Shown piece after piece: positions 47,880 through 61,300 of a DNA stretch of 64,000 nucleotides. The notes under the pieces were generated by a model. It was not told the origin of the DNA. It saw only the letters and a program-made list of their open reading frames with translations, and made no database searches. Numbering within the stretch: the stretch's first letter is position 1; the number at the start of each line of letters is the position of its first letter. The translations under genes and the position numbers were made by a program. Origin of the DNA: Takakia lepidozioides (taxonomy: Eukaryota > Plantae > Bryophyta); NCBI GenBank assembly GCA_030704615.1, contig CM060733.1, positions 68,200,001-68,264,000 of the forward strand. The letters are read 5' to 3'.

Positions 47880-49978
47880 GCTGCCGCATCCAAGTGATCC
47901 ACCCAGTCCGACTGGTCTGTCGACACGTAATTCCGCAAAAGTCGCTTCACCATGGAATTAACTTTTCCGTTTGGCCGTTCGTTGTAGGTCGGAAGGCCGT
48001 ACTCATCTCAGAGCCTCGTCCCCATTTTCTTCCAAAATGCCCTCCAAAACTTACTTGTAAACTTTGGATCGAGGTCTGAAACAATATCATTCGGGAGTCC
48101 ATGAAACTTGAAGACGTGGGCAAAGTAAAGTCATCCCGTCTCCTACGCCGTTGTCTTTTCCTTGGTGGGGATGAAATGGCCCATTTTGCTAAATCTATCC
48201 ACCACCACCATGATTGCATCAAATCCTTTTGACAGCGGCAAAGCAGTCATGAATCCATTGAGACACTCTCCCAAGACCCTCTGGAATCGGCAAAGGTTGC
48301 AACAGCCCTGCTTGCTTTTTGTACTCGCTCCGGTTTTGTTGGCATGTGGATGTTCTGAGTGGAAAACAACAGCTCATGTTGGTGTACAAGGGCGAGACAA
48401 AGCTGCAAAGGAAGATTCGGATGGCTTATCGGAAGGATGAGTTGGCGAAGTCGGTGTTGCAGGACTTGAGGCTAGGGGTTAAGTCGCAATTTCATTTGCA
48501 CAATGGACTACTCCGGTACAAACAAAAGCCTCTCTATGTGTCAAAGGGAGGGCTCAGAGAAAGTGTCTTGAGAGAATGCCATGATGGTCCGCTTGCGGGC
48601 CACAGCGGGGCCAAGCGCACCGCAACACTCTTGAAGAAAGAGTAGCACAAACTGAGGGAGGAGGCCGAGGAGCACCACATTGTCCTGTCCCGGCTTGTAC
48701 TGGATATCCACATCAAACAATGCCAAAGTGTCTTGCCGCCAAATTTGTTTGGGGACAACTTAGGCTGTGTGGAAAAATACTTCACCGTGACATTGTCCAT
48801 GAACACCTTCACCGGGTTGAACCAACATAGTGGCGCCAAAGCTCAAGGCAGTGTACCACAACCTTCATTTTTTTTTCGTACTGAAAGTTGTCCGTGCGTT
48901 GGTGAGCCCAAAGAACATCACCAAAAACTCGTATGAACCATACCTTGTCCTGCACGCCGTTTTCTCCTCATCTCCTTCCGTTACCCGAATCTGGTGGTAA
49001 CCTGAGCGCAAATCGATCCCGCCTGCCAACCGATCAAAGAGGTCATCAATTCTTGGCAAATGGTGCCAGTTTTTTTATAGTCACCTTGTTTAGAGCCCTA
49101 TAATCAACACACATCTGCAGCGTCCCATCCTTCTTATCTGCAAATAGTACCGGGGCTCCATAAGGTGACTTACTTGGCCGGATGTATCCCTTTGCCATGA
49201 GGTCCTTGAGCTGCTCTTTCAGCTCCACCAACTCTCTATGGCTCAACCGGTAGGGCGCCTTGGCAGGCGGCTCCATTCCTGGTATCACCTCGATCTTATG
49301 GTAGACCCCTCGAAACCGCTCGGTAAATCCTCCGACATCACATCTTGGTATTTTTTCCAAAATTTCCTTGATCCAATCTGGGCTTGGCTCCCTATCGACT
49401 TCTCCTACCACTTGCCTCACATAAAGCAAAAACTCGGGCTCGTGTGGCTCCTCCACGGCCCACTCCTTTGCCGTTAGCAGGTTTATTCGCCATCCTATTC
49501 GGTTGGGCGTTTCCGATACCCTCAAAACTTCGCTACCAGTGTGCGGGGCTCCACCTAGTGAGCGCCTCCGCCTCCTTGAGTGCCTTGGGCACTCAAGTGT
49601 GCTTCGGCCCCCGCATCTATTGTTGCCACTGCCCCCACCACAGGGGCAACCCCTCTTGTGTCCCGACCCCTGCCCTCAAGGCAAAGGGCCGCGACACACA
49701 CCCCTACCAACAGGGAGTGATGTCCTCATCGACTTGTCCATTTTGTAGAAACAAACATCCAAGTTGTGGCGTCCCACATCAAGGAGTTTGTTTCCGCACC
49801 ATGGCGTCCCATAGCAAAGAACCGAACCCACACTTGACTTTACTCTCCACTAGCTAGTTCGGCCGACTTCCTCCAAGTCCCGGCCAAAGGTGGAGCCTCT
49901 GAAGCTCCTCCCAATGCACTCTTCTTGGCCCACTTCAAGGCCAAGGAACGATCCTCCCCGAGGATCGAATCGCCTTAC
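47880..49978 (-). mobile_element. Deleted and rearranged chromovirus relic (RT, RH, INT pieces)
   Basis: [46 protein letters not shown]. The RH/INT piece at about 48345-48675 is inverted. Confidence 0.85.
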
Positions 49979-50569
49979 TGTAACAACATTGCTTGCGATC
50001 GCTCATGATGCCGCTTTTGGCATCACCTTGAGCAAGGGTTCACCTTGAACCATTTTTTTACTAGGAAGATAACCTTGCACCAACTGTGTGCCCCAATCAC
50101 TACAATTGGGTTCGCCTTAGAATGCTGGCCTGAGGTACGGGAACACGCTAAAGCCGCACTACAACTTCGTCCCGAGGTTACACGATTATAGTACGTGAAC
50201 GGAAGCACGTAGTTTCCGCGTTAATCCGCACTACAAGACAACCCCCTCGGTAGCGCAGTTATAGTACGCGCACGCGCCAGGTGCGCACTAGCACGTGAAC
50301 TCCCAAAGAAGGCGCAAGTTTCCTTGTCCCTTGGATGGGAGTCACCCGATTTCGGCACTGCGCAAACACACGATTAACCCAATTTACCTCTCCCACTTTT
50401 GTAAGCTAGCCTGCATTCTACACACTAGCCAACCATACCATGCATCACCATTCCAAACAAAATAGGACGCACAACATTTAGAAACCATTTCATTTATAAC
50501 AAAATTTGTACAATACAAGTTTTTTTTGCAATCGGATTCCTGAGCTAGCTAAGCCGAGCTAAGCATGCA
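49979..50569 (-). mobile_element. Probable LTR of the chromovirus
   Basis: Follows the PPT AGGGGAGGA (50572-50580) just after the integrase stop. TG...CA ends (TGCATG...GTTACA on minus). Confidence 0.6.
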
Positions 50570-50603
50570 TTTCCTCCCCTACGCTCCAAGGTTGATGTCC
50601 CCA

Positions 50604-52536
50604 TCAACGCTTCTTCCGCTTTTGAGGTCGCCCTTCGAAAGTTGCAACCGCCTCGGATGCGTTTCCCATTTCTGAGGCACGCACCCAAGATGCCTCCACA
50701 TGATGATAGCCCTTCCATTTCACGAGATATTTCATTTCTCGATTCTTGAACCTCCTCGACTTAAGCACTGTCTCCACCTCGTACTCAGGTTCATTTTCAT
50801 GATCCAACAGCACAGGTGGCGGACACAACACTTGATGCCGATTCGGACGCGCTTCATCTTTGAAGTAGGGCTTCGAAAAAGAGACGTGGAATACTGGATG
50901 CACCTTGCTGTTTGCCGGAAGCTCCAATTCATACACATCCTCATTCATAACCTTCCGGATGCGAAAAGGCCCCGCATACGGAGCTACGAACTTCGGACTC
51001 ACTTCCGGAGGTAGTCGAAAATTCTTGATGTTCAACCAGACCTCCGTGCCTGCCTCAAACTTAACTTCCCTCCGTTTCCAATTTGCCTGCCGTTCATACC
51101 GTTTCCTAGCTTTGGCAATGTTGTATTTTGCGAGCTTCAATAAACGCTCGCGTTCTTCCAGCCCCGCCGCTGCTGCCTGTTCTTCAACGTCCTGGGCGGC
51201 CCAACTTGTCGGCACCAGAGGTGCTTTTCCATAGACCAATACGAAAGGGGAAACTCCCGTTGTGGAGTGTTTTGTGTTATTATAACAGAATTCTGCCACA
51301 TCCAAGTGCTCTACCCGGTCTGATTGGTCTGCCGACACATAATTCCGCAAGATCTGCTTCACCACGGAATTCACTCTTTCCGTTTGGCCGTTCGTCGTAG
51401 GTCGGAAGGCGGTGCTCATCTTGAGCCTCGTCCCCATCTTCTTCCAAAGTGCCCTCCAAAATTTACTTGTAAACTTTGGATCGTGGTCAGAGACAATATC
51501 CTTCAGGAGTCCATGATGCTTGAAGACGTGGGCGAAGTAAAGTCGCCCTGTCTCCTGCGCCGTTGCCGTCTCTTTGGTGGGGATGAAATGGCCCATTTTA
51601 CTGAACCTATCCACCACCACCATGATCGCATCGAATCCTTTTGACACCGGCATAGCAGTCATGAAATCCATCGAGACACTTTCCCAAGACCCCTCTGGAA
51701 TCGGCAAGGGTTGTAATAGCCTCGCTTGCTTTTTGTACTCGCTCCGGTTTTGTTGGCATTTGGTGCATGTCTTGACATACTCCTCGGCCTCCTCCCTCAG
51801 TTTGGGCCAGAAATACTCTTTTTTTCAAGAGTGCCGCGGCGCGCTTGGCTCCGCCGTGGCCCGCAAGCGGGCCATCATGCAGGCATTCTCTCAAAAGACT
51901 ATCTCTGATCCCTCCCTTCGCCACGTAGAGACGCTTTTGCTTGTACCGGAGCAGTCCATTTTGCAAGTGGAACTGCGATTTAACCCCTACCTCAAGTCCC
52001 GCATCATGGAATTCGCCATCTCATCCTTCTGGTACGCCTTCCGGATCTTCCTTTGGAGCGCCGGCTCACCCCTGTACACCAACATGAGCTGCTGCTTTCT
52101 ACTTAAAGCATCAGCCACCACATTGTCCCGTCCCGGTTTGTACTGAATATCCACGTCGAACACCGCCAAAGTGTCTTGCCACCTAAGTTGTTTTGGGGAC
52201 AACTTAGGCTGCGTGGCAAAATACTTCACCGTGACATTGTCCGTGAATACCTTCACCGGGTTGGGACCAACATAGTGGCGCCAAAGCTCAAGGCAATGTA
52301 CCACCACCTTCATTTCTTTCTCGTGCATAGGCCACCGTCGCTCCACTTCATTCAGTTTCTTATTTTCGTAAGCCACTGGACGTCCATCCTGCTTGAGTAC
52401 ACCCCCAATTGCGAAGTCCGACGCAACTGTACGAATCTCAAATGGACGGTCGAACTCCGGGGTTTTCAAAACCGGAGCTTCCGCCATCCGATGCTTCAAC
52501 TCGGCAAAAGCTTGGCCACAAAAGGTGTTCCATACC
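50604..52536 (-). pseudogene. pol: Chromovirus (Tcn1-like) RNase H, integrase and chromodomain
   Basis: ASDFAIGGVL..HEKEM; [25 protein letters not shown]; EYEVETVL..KYLVKWKGY..ASWV. Confidence 0.93.
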
Positions 52537-53228
52537 GATACCTTGGTATTCCCCCTTCTCTATACCGGATATCAAACTACTCGACGCCAATATTATCCAA
52601 CTCACCAAACGCATTTGTGGCCTCCCCACCAGCACCCCTAACGTTCTTACCCAACTTCCACATGACAGTATTGGGATTGGTTCTAGCCCCCTGATCATCT
52701 CATATGCCCACACCCTCGGCTCACAACTTATCGAGGCTCCTAACGACCCAAGCCGTCTCGGTCTAATCTTTCGAGGTCTCCTTAAACACATAGCTATAAA
52801 TATAATGGCTTATATTCCCTCCCTACCCTCCACCCACAATCTTGCCTCCATTCCCCCACCGCCCGTACGCTATTTATCCTATGCCAATTAAAAATCAGCA
52901 TTCAAACCGACCTTCCCGGATACCCCAACTCCATATCTCAACTTGAACGGGCATGGCTCAGTAGCCCAGTCTTCACACAATTCGAAACCAACCACCCCCG
53001 TGAAAGGAAACTTGTCCTTGCCTACTTTAAAGCACGCCATATTACCACTCTCACCCAACTCACCACTGCCACGGGGAACCGGCTACTTACCCCACACCAA
53101 TTTACCCTGAAACATTCTCGTGCTACCATCAAAACATGCAGATACCTGCTTCATCTCCGATCTTTATTTTGCCACCAGACCGCCTCGTGCACCCTCGACT
53201 ATGACCTACCATGCCCACTCTTCTCCCA
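52537..53228 (+). mobile_element. Non-LTR retrotransposon (LINE) ORF2 fragment, post-RT region
   Basis: FSIPDIKLLD..TKRICGLPTSTPN..TQLP..GIG..NDPSRLG; C/A-rich composition, opposite strand to the host element. Confidence 0.55.
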
Positions 53229-54313
53229 TCATAAGCAAGACCTCCTCCCAAATTTCAGAACAGCCCCAGCCCCCTCCATATTACAACAGCTCATGACCTC
53301 CCTCAAAAAGGTCATCCCCAAAACGAGGTCCACTCCATCGATCTTGCAAATGGTGAAGTTCTCACGTCCCTCCCTACTCCCCAGCTGAAGATGAATTACA
53401 TCGAACGCCACCCTCGTCGTCAGTTGTGGTTCTCCTTTGACAGAACGCACTTCAATAGAGGCCCTCACATCACTTGTTGTGAGCCCTAGCTTTTGTGCCG
53501 TTGCCGGTGTCATGAAGGAGTGCGACGCTCCTGTGTCCACCAACAACGACACGTTACTTCCGGAAATTATCCCACTCACAAACATTAACTGACTCCCTTT
53601 ACGCAAGGCGCCAGTTTCCTGATACAACTCACAAGAGTAGTTGCCTACCTTGCAAGTCTTGGCGACCACCGCTTCCACCAAGCGGCTGATGGAATCTTCT
53701 AACAGCTCTGTGGTCGCCCGAGTCATGTTCAGTTGTCGGGGTTTTGCGCATTTCTTAGCCATGTGCCCGGGTTCCCTGCAATTAAAGCACACTCCATCGA
53801 AGGTCGCATTTTGTCCGCCATAAGCCGTCGCACCTGATTTTCCTCTCGGAGCACCGAGTGTCGCCTTGGCGTGTGAAGGCTCTCCCTTCGATTTCTATGT
53901 GCCATTGTCGCCGCGTGGCCTATCCCACTTCTTTTCCGAAACATTCAGCCATTTCAATTGCCTCGTTCAAAGTCTTAGGTGGCTTCTCCTCCAACTTCCG
54001 TCTGGCCCATGGGGCCAGTTTCGCCACAAAGTTGAAGACCATTTCTGGTTCCGCCATATCCGCGACTTCGAGCAACAACACATTGAAAGCCTGAACATAT
54101 CCCCGAATGTCATCCGTTTGCTTCAAATTCCTCATTTTGTCCCGGGCGAGCCAGGACGAGTTGAGGGGAACAAACTGTCTTTTCATAAGTTCCTTGAACC
54201 CACTCCAGTTCAAGGTTTCCGGGTTTTGACCTTGGTCGTGAAGGCATTTTTGCCACCATTGTTGAGCATAGCCCCTCAATAGGTGGGAGCCACTTCCACC
54301 CGATCCTCGTCAC
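53229..54313 (-). pseudogene. gag: Chromovirus gag, zinc knuckle and protease
   Basis: YAQQWW..WSGFKELMKRQF..LKQTDDIRGY; CFNCREPGHMAKKC; LLVDTGASHSFM..DLVLGM. Confidence 0.9.
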
Positions 54314-54334
54314 TGTGGTGGGGGTGGTTCCACG

Positions 54335-55373
54335 AGGGGTGGTGGTAGCTTAGTGGGTCTTATTGGGGGTGGCATAGGACTCATCATGGGGTGGAGACCT
54401 TGTGGTGGGAGTCGTGGGGAGTCTTGGGACTCATCACGGTCCAATGGGGCCGTGGTGGGTGGGCCAAGACTCATCGCGACTCATCACCGGGAATCGAGGG
54501 TCTTCGTGGTGGTTCGCCATAAAAGGATGTTGTTGTTTGTGGAACCCCGGCGGACAGTCACAGAAGTATATATAGGGAGTAGTAACCCCGAGAACGGTGC
54601 AAGCCTGTTGGTGACCAAAAGCTGGTGAGTGAGCGAGCGAGCGAGCCGGAAAGCGACCAATGAGTGGGGAGCTATTCCGGACTGCCATCTACCAAAGGGA
54701 ATTTCCACTAGGCCCAAATTGGTGGAGGGTCTGTTGGAGGAGCAAAGGGGGACCGTTATGTCCTGGTGAGCAGCCGAAGCTCCGAGTTGACCCGGCGGCC
54801 AGTTGGGGAGTTAGGCGCGCGCATCAAACCGAGTATCTATGACTTGAAGGGGAGCTTACCGAAGTGAGGTGCGCGACATTAAGTCATAGTTACTCGTTTC
54901 GATGCGTGCGCCTAACTTCCAAACTGGCCGCCGGGCCAACTCGGAGCTTCGGCTGCTCACCGGGGCATAACGGTCCCCCTTGCTCCTCCACGAGCCCTCA
55001 AACAAATCGGGCCTAGTGGAAATTCCCTTTGGTTGTTGGCAGTCCAGAATAGCTCCCCACACCTTGGTCGCTTTCCAGCTCGCACGCTTGTCCTCTAGCT
55101 TTTGGTCACCTAACGGGCTTGCACCGTTCTCAGGGTTACTACTCCCTATATATGCTTCTGTAGGTGTCCGCGGGGGTCTCACAAACAGCCAAGTCATTTT
55201 TCGGCAAACCACCACCAAGACCCTCGACTCCCTGTGACGAATCGCGGTGAGTTTTGGCCCACCCACCACGGCCCCGATGGACCTTAGTGAGCCCCAAGAC
55301 TCCCCACGACTCCCTCAGCCTCATGGTGAGTCCTATGCCACCCCCACTACGACTCCCTAAGCTACCACCCCCC
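54335..55373. repeat. Long imperfect inverted repeat (arms of about 500 bp, spacer of about 33 bp)
   Basis: 54335-54848 is the reverse complement of 54882-55373, e.g. GGTAGCTTAG/CTAAGCTACC, TATATATAGGGAGTAGTAACCC/GGGTTACTACTCCCTATATA, TATGACTT/AAGTCATA. Confidence 0.9.
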
Positions 55374-58300
55374 CAAAAAAAAAAAATCCATCATAAAAGA
55401 CTAGTTACAACAGACATCCGAGTCGAAATGGACATGACAATAATTGAGTGGTAACGGACAGATGTAAGATTGACTGCTCTGCGATTATTGCAGGAGCACC
55501 ACGTGGCGTATCCAGGCAGTCCGTCCGTGTGCCATATTCCATGTTGACTTTGACTTTTGAGTTCGGATGATTGACTTGACTCACCGGGAAAGGCAGCCAG
55601 ATGGACGCGGACGTGGCATCGCCACGACGAAGCACGTGGAATGCACCTGCTCGGCTGTGTGCAGACACGTTGCCGCACAGCCGAGGCGCCACGTGGTAGT
55701 CGGGCACATAACTCGCAATGCTAAATGCCGAGTAGCAAGTGCAACAAGGAAAGTCGGCACAACCACTGCTCCAAGAGCAGGCGCCGAATCCAGGTAGGCC
55801 ACATGTAGTGTATATGAGTACTACTTGTAGTAGAAAGATTGTTGTGCTTCTCCCTACACAGTAGCGGTTTTGCCAACTCCTTTGCCAGTATGCCAGTAGT
55901 TTGCACCAGACTAGGAAACCAATACAGAAAGCAGTTGTAGTGATTTATGTATGTTGTGCAAAGGACCTGCAGTCAGAACTTCTAGTGTATTTGTAGTGCT
56001 TTGCTTAACCACTGCAACATACAAACAGGCCACCCAGCAAGCAGACGGGAATCCAAACGTTGCAACCTCGTGGTGAATGCAGACACACGCAAGGGAAATT
56101 GAGAAGCCCTGGGGGTGGCCATAACTCGAATCGGAGGTGAACAAGATCACATACATGAAAAACAAAATGCAAACAACCGGGAAAGGAAAAGCCCTCACAC
56201 ATACACAAACAATGGGGAAATGCCATGACGACAAATCAGGACAATGCCATATCATACTCAGTCTGCCATCGTCAGGGCACACCTGCGTATGAAAAATACA
56301 AAAGGCCAACATACATGGATGCCGATGATTAATAAACGTGCTGAAAACAGCGTGCTGAAAACAGAACAGTGTCGCTGAAGCTAGGACCTTCTCCCTCAAT
56401 ATATCACTCTACATCAAATTACGTGCCTTCGCTGGCATCCTTAAGACATTTGGCATTCCTTTGGCCAAGAGCCCCCAGCTTTGATGATTCAGGATCCCCC
56501 TTCTTCTGACCAACAGCTTTTGCTTGTGTACCCCTGCTTTTCTGAAGGCAACAAGCCTCAGCACCCTCTTATGTCTTCAAACTAAATCTGGCTAAACAGG
56601 AATGAACCTCCGAAGGAATCAACGAGGAGGTTAGTTAGCATTATCTTCAGGGGATGTGACTCCAACAAACGCCATCTATTGCGTGAGAACTAAACAATTG
56701 CTTCACCGTTTCCACAAAGAAGCCATCCCTCTAACCGAATCGACAGTTCATAAATTCTAACAAACTACAGCCACTCAAACAGTGCCCCAAGGGTTGCAAC
56801 CAGTTAGCCTGCACAAAAGACCAGAGAACACTTCCTATAACACTGATCCCAATCCATGGAGTAGCATTTGACATCAAAATACTTTGTCGAAACGAAGATT
56901 GAAAAGATGAAAAATTAGACACACAAGGGACTTACGTGCTTCCATCTATGAACTATTTGAGTGGAGGTGGGACAGAAGATTGAAAAGATGAAAAATTAGA
57001 CACATACACACAAACTTACGTGCTTCCATCTATGAACTATCTGAGTGCAGGTGGGACCGAAGATGAAGTAGGCAAAACACCATAGAGCCCAACACCGCAA
57101 GGGGGAAGTACCTGCAAGGGGAAGAAGCTTTTATTTACCCTGACTTAAGTTGGTGCCATCACTCTCTGTCTCTCAACAACAAATACCATGTTGAACAACC
57201 ACAGCCAAGGAAAAAGATACTACGAGGAATGTACCCCAAAGGTGAGAATACAGAGGCCCAAGAAGGATGTGCTGAAAAGAAAGGATATTGCACCATTGCT
57301 CACTTGTTCTAACCCAGCTTCAACAGCTTCATCTGCGAGAACAGCTCCAGACTCTTCACCACCCTGGCTAGGCCTGCCACACAACCCCCACCCACCCCCA
57401 CCCCTATCCCCCCCCCCCCCCCAACCACCCTCGCGAGTCCAGCACCTCCTAAACACCCTCTCCAACAGAATATGAAAAAGCATACAATAAGAGGATTCCC
57501 ATGGAGTCATTCTTGATTCGATAATATAACACTGTCATCTACAGCTGACATGTAGCTAGTACACCCAAGTAAACAAGAGGGCAGCAATTTGTCTTGGACC
57601 AGGCTCCACTACGGCTGCTGCAGCAAACAGCATGTTCTGTCCTGGTAGGCAAACCACAAGCCATTCAACTGCCTTCTTGAGTGACATGTATTCACGATAG
57701 GGCGTAAAGTGGAGCATTGGATAATGGTTAGGATGCTGCTTAACTGTGCAACTGCTGCCATGGTAAACCTATCAGAGTAACAGATGGATAGCCTTTTGCA
57801 GAATTGGTTATGCAAATGAGCATTCTTTTAATACCAATCAGCTCTCTACAACAACAAAGTGCTCATATTATAGCAACACTCCATTTACTAGACGACAAAG
57901 CAATCCAATTCACTCAGTCTTCCAGAGCAACCCTTTCTATGATTCAAATGAGCACACGAATGAGCACACATATAACAATGAAAAGATTGAGTAATCCAGT
58001 ATTCTGTAAGAAGGGAAACTGTCGACCACTCAACTTGCACATGCATGAATGTTGGGAAACATCTACACATAGATTATGAAAAAATGCGGGAAAAAATGTT
58101 CATAGTTTAGTTTTGCAAAGAGTACTCAACTGGCGAGTCAGTGATGTTTGTGTCACATTGCGACAGGTCATGCCCAAAGCCTGGGGAGAACATTCTGACG
58201 TTGTCATATTTCAAAATTACAGGAAACCCCTCATCCAAAAGAGGCCAGTGGGAATCGAACCCACACTAATAACATCAGGGCTGCCCAATTGCAGCCAGAG

Positions 58301-61300
58301 CCCCACCTGCATGCCAATCTGCCCCACAATCCCATCAAGCCAATGGTTATCCATAATATAGACCTGGGCCCTGGGTTTAACTTAACATAAAGACAGGTTT
58401 TAGTGACAGGAAGGTTCACAGACATCTGCCAGTCAGCTGCCTCCATTGTAGCAAACATTCTGGGGCCATTCCACAAGCAGCGAGCATATTGGCCAAAGGG
58501 TTGATGGGAAACTCATTTTCAAACAATAAGCCTGACTCAACACCTGTTCTTATCTGAGAGACCACTCTTTCCTAAAACTAAGCTCAACCAGACCAAACTG
58601 CCTAAATTTACTTGTAAGCAAGAACCATATTCAAACAGTAGGCCTGATTCAACACACCTGTTCTTATCTGAGAGACCACTTTTTCCTAAAACTAAGCTCA
58701 GCCACCAAACTGCCTAAATATACTATACTTGTAAGCAAGGAACTTGGTTCTTGATTTTTTTCTTTCTTCCACCCCTGTTGCAACAAAATTCTCGTCACTA
58801 CACAAAGCAGACAAACTGCAATGTAGTTCTTAATAAAGATCTGGTTTGCAACTACCTCATCCAACAACAGCGTTCCTCTGCTGGACATGGCTGCCCAAAT
58901 CAGAGAAGTGCATGGAGCTGGCGAAGGTTTAGCAGAGCTTCAGCTGGGAGAGGCACCCAGGCCACACCTCGATTTGCAGCATTTGGGATCAGAAAGAAAA
59001 GATCAAAGTTCATATACATTTCAAGCTTGATAAAGCTCACAATTAAAAAATTTGGACAGTCTCACAGGCAAGACATTATTCTGCGAAAATCTGGAAGCAC
59101 CTTTGCAAAGTTGAAGGGACAAGTAAATGAACGTAGAACCAAAATTCATCTCCCAAAGTCCCACTACCATCTCTCCATCTCAAAAAAAACACAATCCATT
59201 CTGTCGGTTCCCCTAACATGGCAAACGTACCTGTAGACATTGAAGCATGCATGGAATCATCACCAAGATGTGAGATAACCACACTAATACAAGCAATAAC
59301 AAAAGGTCCACAACATTCTAGCAGCTGCAGGTCTGTCAGTCATTGTCCACTCATACCTTCAGCAAATAGAGAGTCCACTTAGAAATGCCATGGCAAGGTA
59401 TTGGCAGGGCACAGCAGTGGCGAATTATTGGCTACAGACATTTCTCTCCTCAACCGCCTACTGTACATAGACAGATTCTGATCTTAACATAGTGCTAGAA
59501 GAGCAGAAAATCCTCCACATTTCCTACCTCCTTTTTCCAGCATTTCTCCACAAAGACAGCCTTCTCATGAAAAGCATGAGTTTCATTGGCTACCCTACCC
59601 ATCAGAGTTATCAACTTGCATGTGCTTTGTAGTACACCAGGAGTCCGTCATCATAATTTTTCCGACGAATCCAGAGGAAGATCTTACAGCTATCACCAGA
59701 GTCTTCGACAAAGAACACCCCAACAATACGATCCACTCACCCTTTCTCTTGAATTGTTACAGAAATGAGAGAATGTCCTCCCTGCGATTTTTCCTGCTGA
59801 CCATATCCCACAATGTAGACGACTGCCACAAGAGAGTTAACCCAACCCTTAGACTGGAAGAGAACAGAATTGACAAGCTGGGTAACACCTTAAGGAAGCC
59901 ACAATACTCACACAGAACTCGCAACACTTAACAACGATCAAATTATGAGTGTTTCTTCTTGAAAAACCAGTGCTCAACTTCTTTCAAAGAGATCTACTGC
60001 TAATCCCCTCATAGGAAAGAAAAACAAGATTCAACTACTTTCAGTCTGATACTTATTGCATTACTGTTGTCGAGTCCAAAGGAGCCACAAATGTTGAATT
60101 ACGTCACAACTCGTTCTGATACTGTCACATAGAGCACGAGAGACCAGGGCTTCATAACCAACTATCTAATCATGATTCTTGCATGATCTCAAAGAACAAC
60201 GCTTGTCCACACCGGATGGGTAGCAACTTATCAAAATTGATCCCACCTTTGCATTTCAGTAGGTCGCTGTCCACCCATGATGAATTACTCCAACAATCAA
60301 AGTCCATACCTAATGACTACCAAAAAAGGATCCAATTGCAAATGAGTTTGAAAAGGGATGAACTGACTCAAAAAGTTAGACATGAAAATTTTCAGGCCAA
60401 AATTTCATATTTGGACAATTGACAAGTTCACAGGACTGCATAGCATGCATAGCAGGCAATTTGTTGAAGTACTCAAGTGGATGTCATGGGATTAAAAATT
60501 ACTCCCTCACTGACATTCCCAGTCACATAAACTACCATCATCCAAACCATCCCCTGTAATAACAATTTCCATCGGGGTTGCCATGGTGTAGCAACTCACA
60601 AAGGTTGGAAACTTATCGCCTCTCAGCATTCTAACAGGTTTCACCTTTTCACATGTAGACGCCATCTATTCATGATGCCAGGTTACATACATACCATTCT
60701 AGATCACATACCCTCACATAACATAACTTGCACATAAAACATTTCCGGGCCACAAATCAGTACAAGAAATGATCACTGCCTGAAATAATGTCAAGGTGAA
60801 CAAAGCGATTAAACAAAACATTTACATGTCAACTCCATCTATTCACGGTTGCCAGGTTACATACATACCATTCTAGATCACATACCCTCACATAACATAA
60901 CTTGCACATAAAAGACTTCTGGGGCGTCAAGCCAGTACAGAAATGGTCACTAGCCGAAATAATCCGTCGAGGGGAATAAAGCGAATGTGGCTATGGAAGT
61001 TCAACAATCGGTGGGTTTGAGAAATGTAGTTATACAAAACAGAAACTTCAAAAATCTTGCAGACCCTTGATACACAGTCAATACAGAAGTCTTGCACAGC
61101 ACAACCGTAATATACCATTATCAAAAATATTTTATAATGATGTCTGTTGAAAACTGAATAGAACTCCCTGAAATGGAGTTGCATACATGCAGATGCTAAA
61201 CCATAACGTGTGCTGGGGAAAGAGGAGCACCATTGAGAGTGCATCAGCTCCCTACCAACTTCTATTACAGCAGCTCTGTTTTACCTACCCAAGGTAGTAC

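Noticed and set aside
58240-58265. tRNA-like T arm (GTGGGTTCGATTCCCAC on minus)
   Set aside because: No acceptor, D or anticodon arms recognisable; at most a tRNA or SINE relic.
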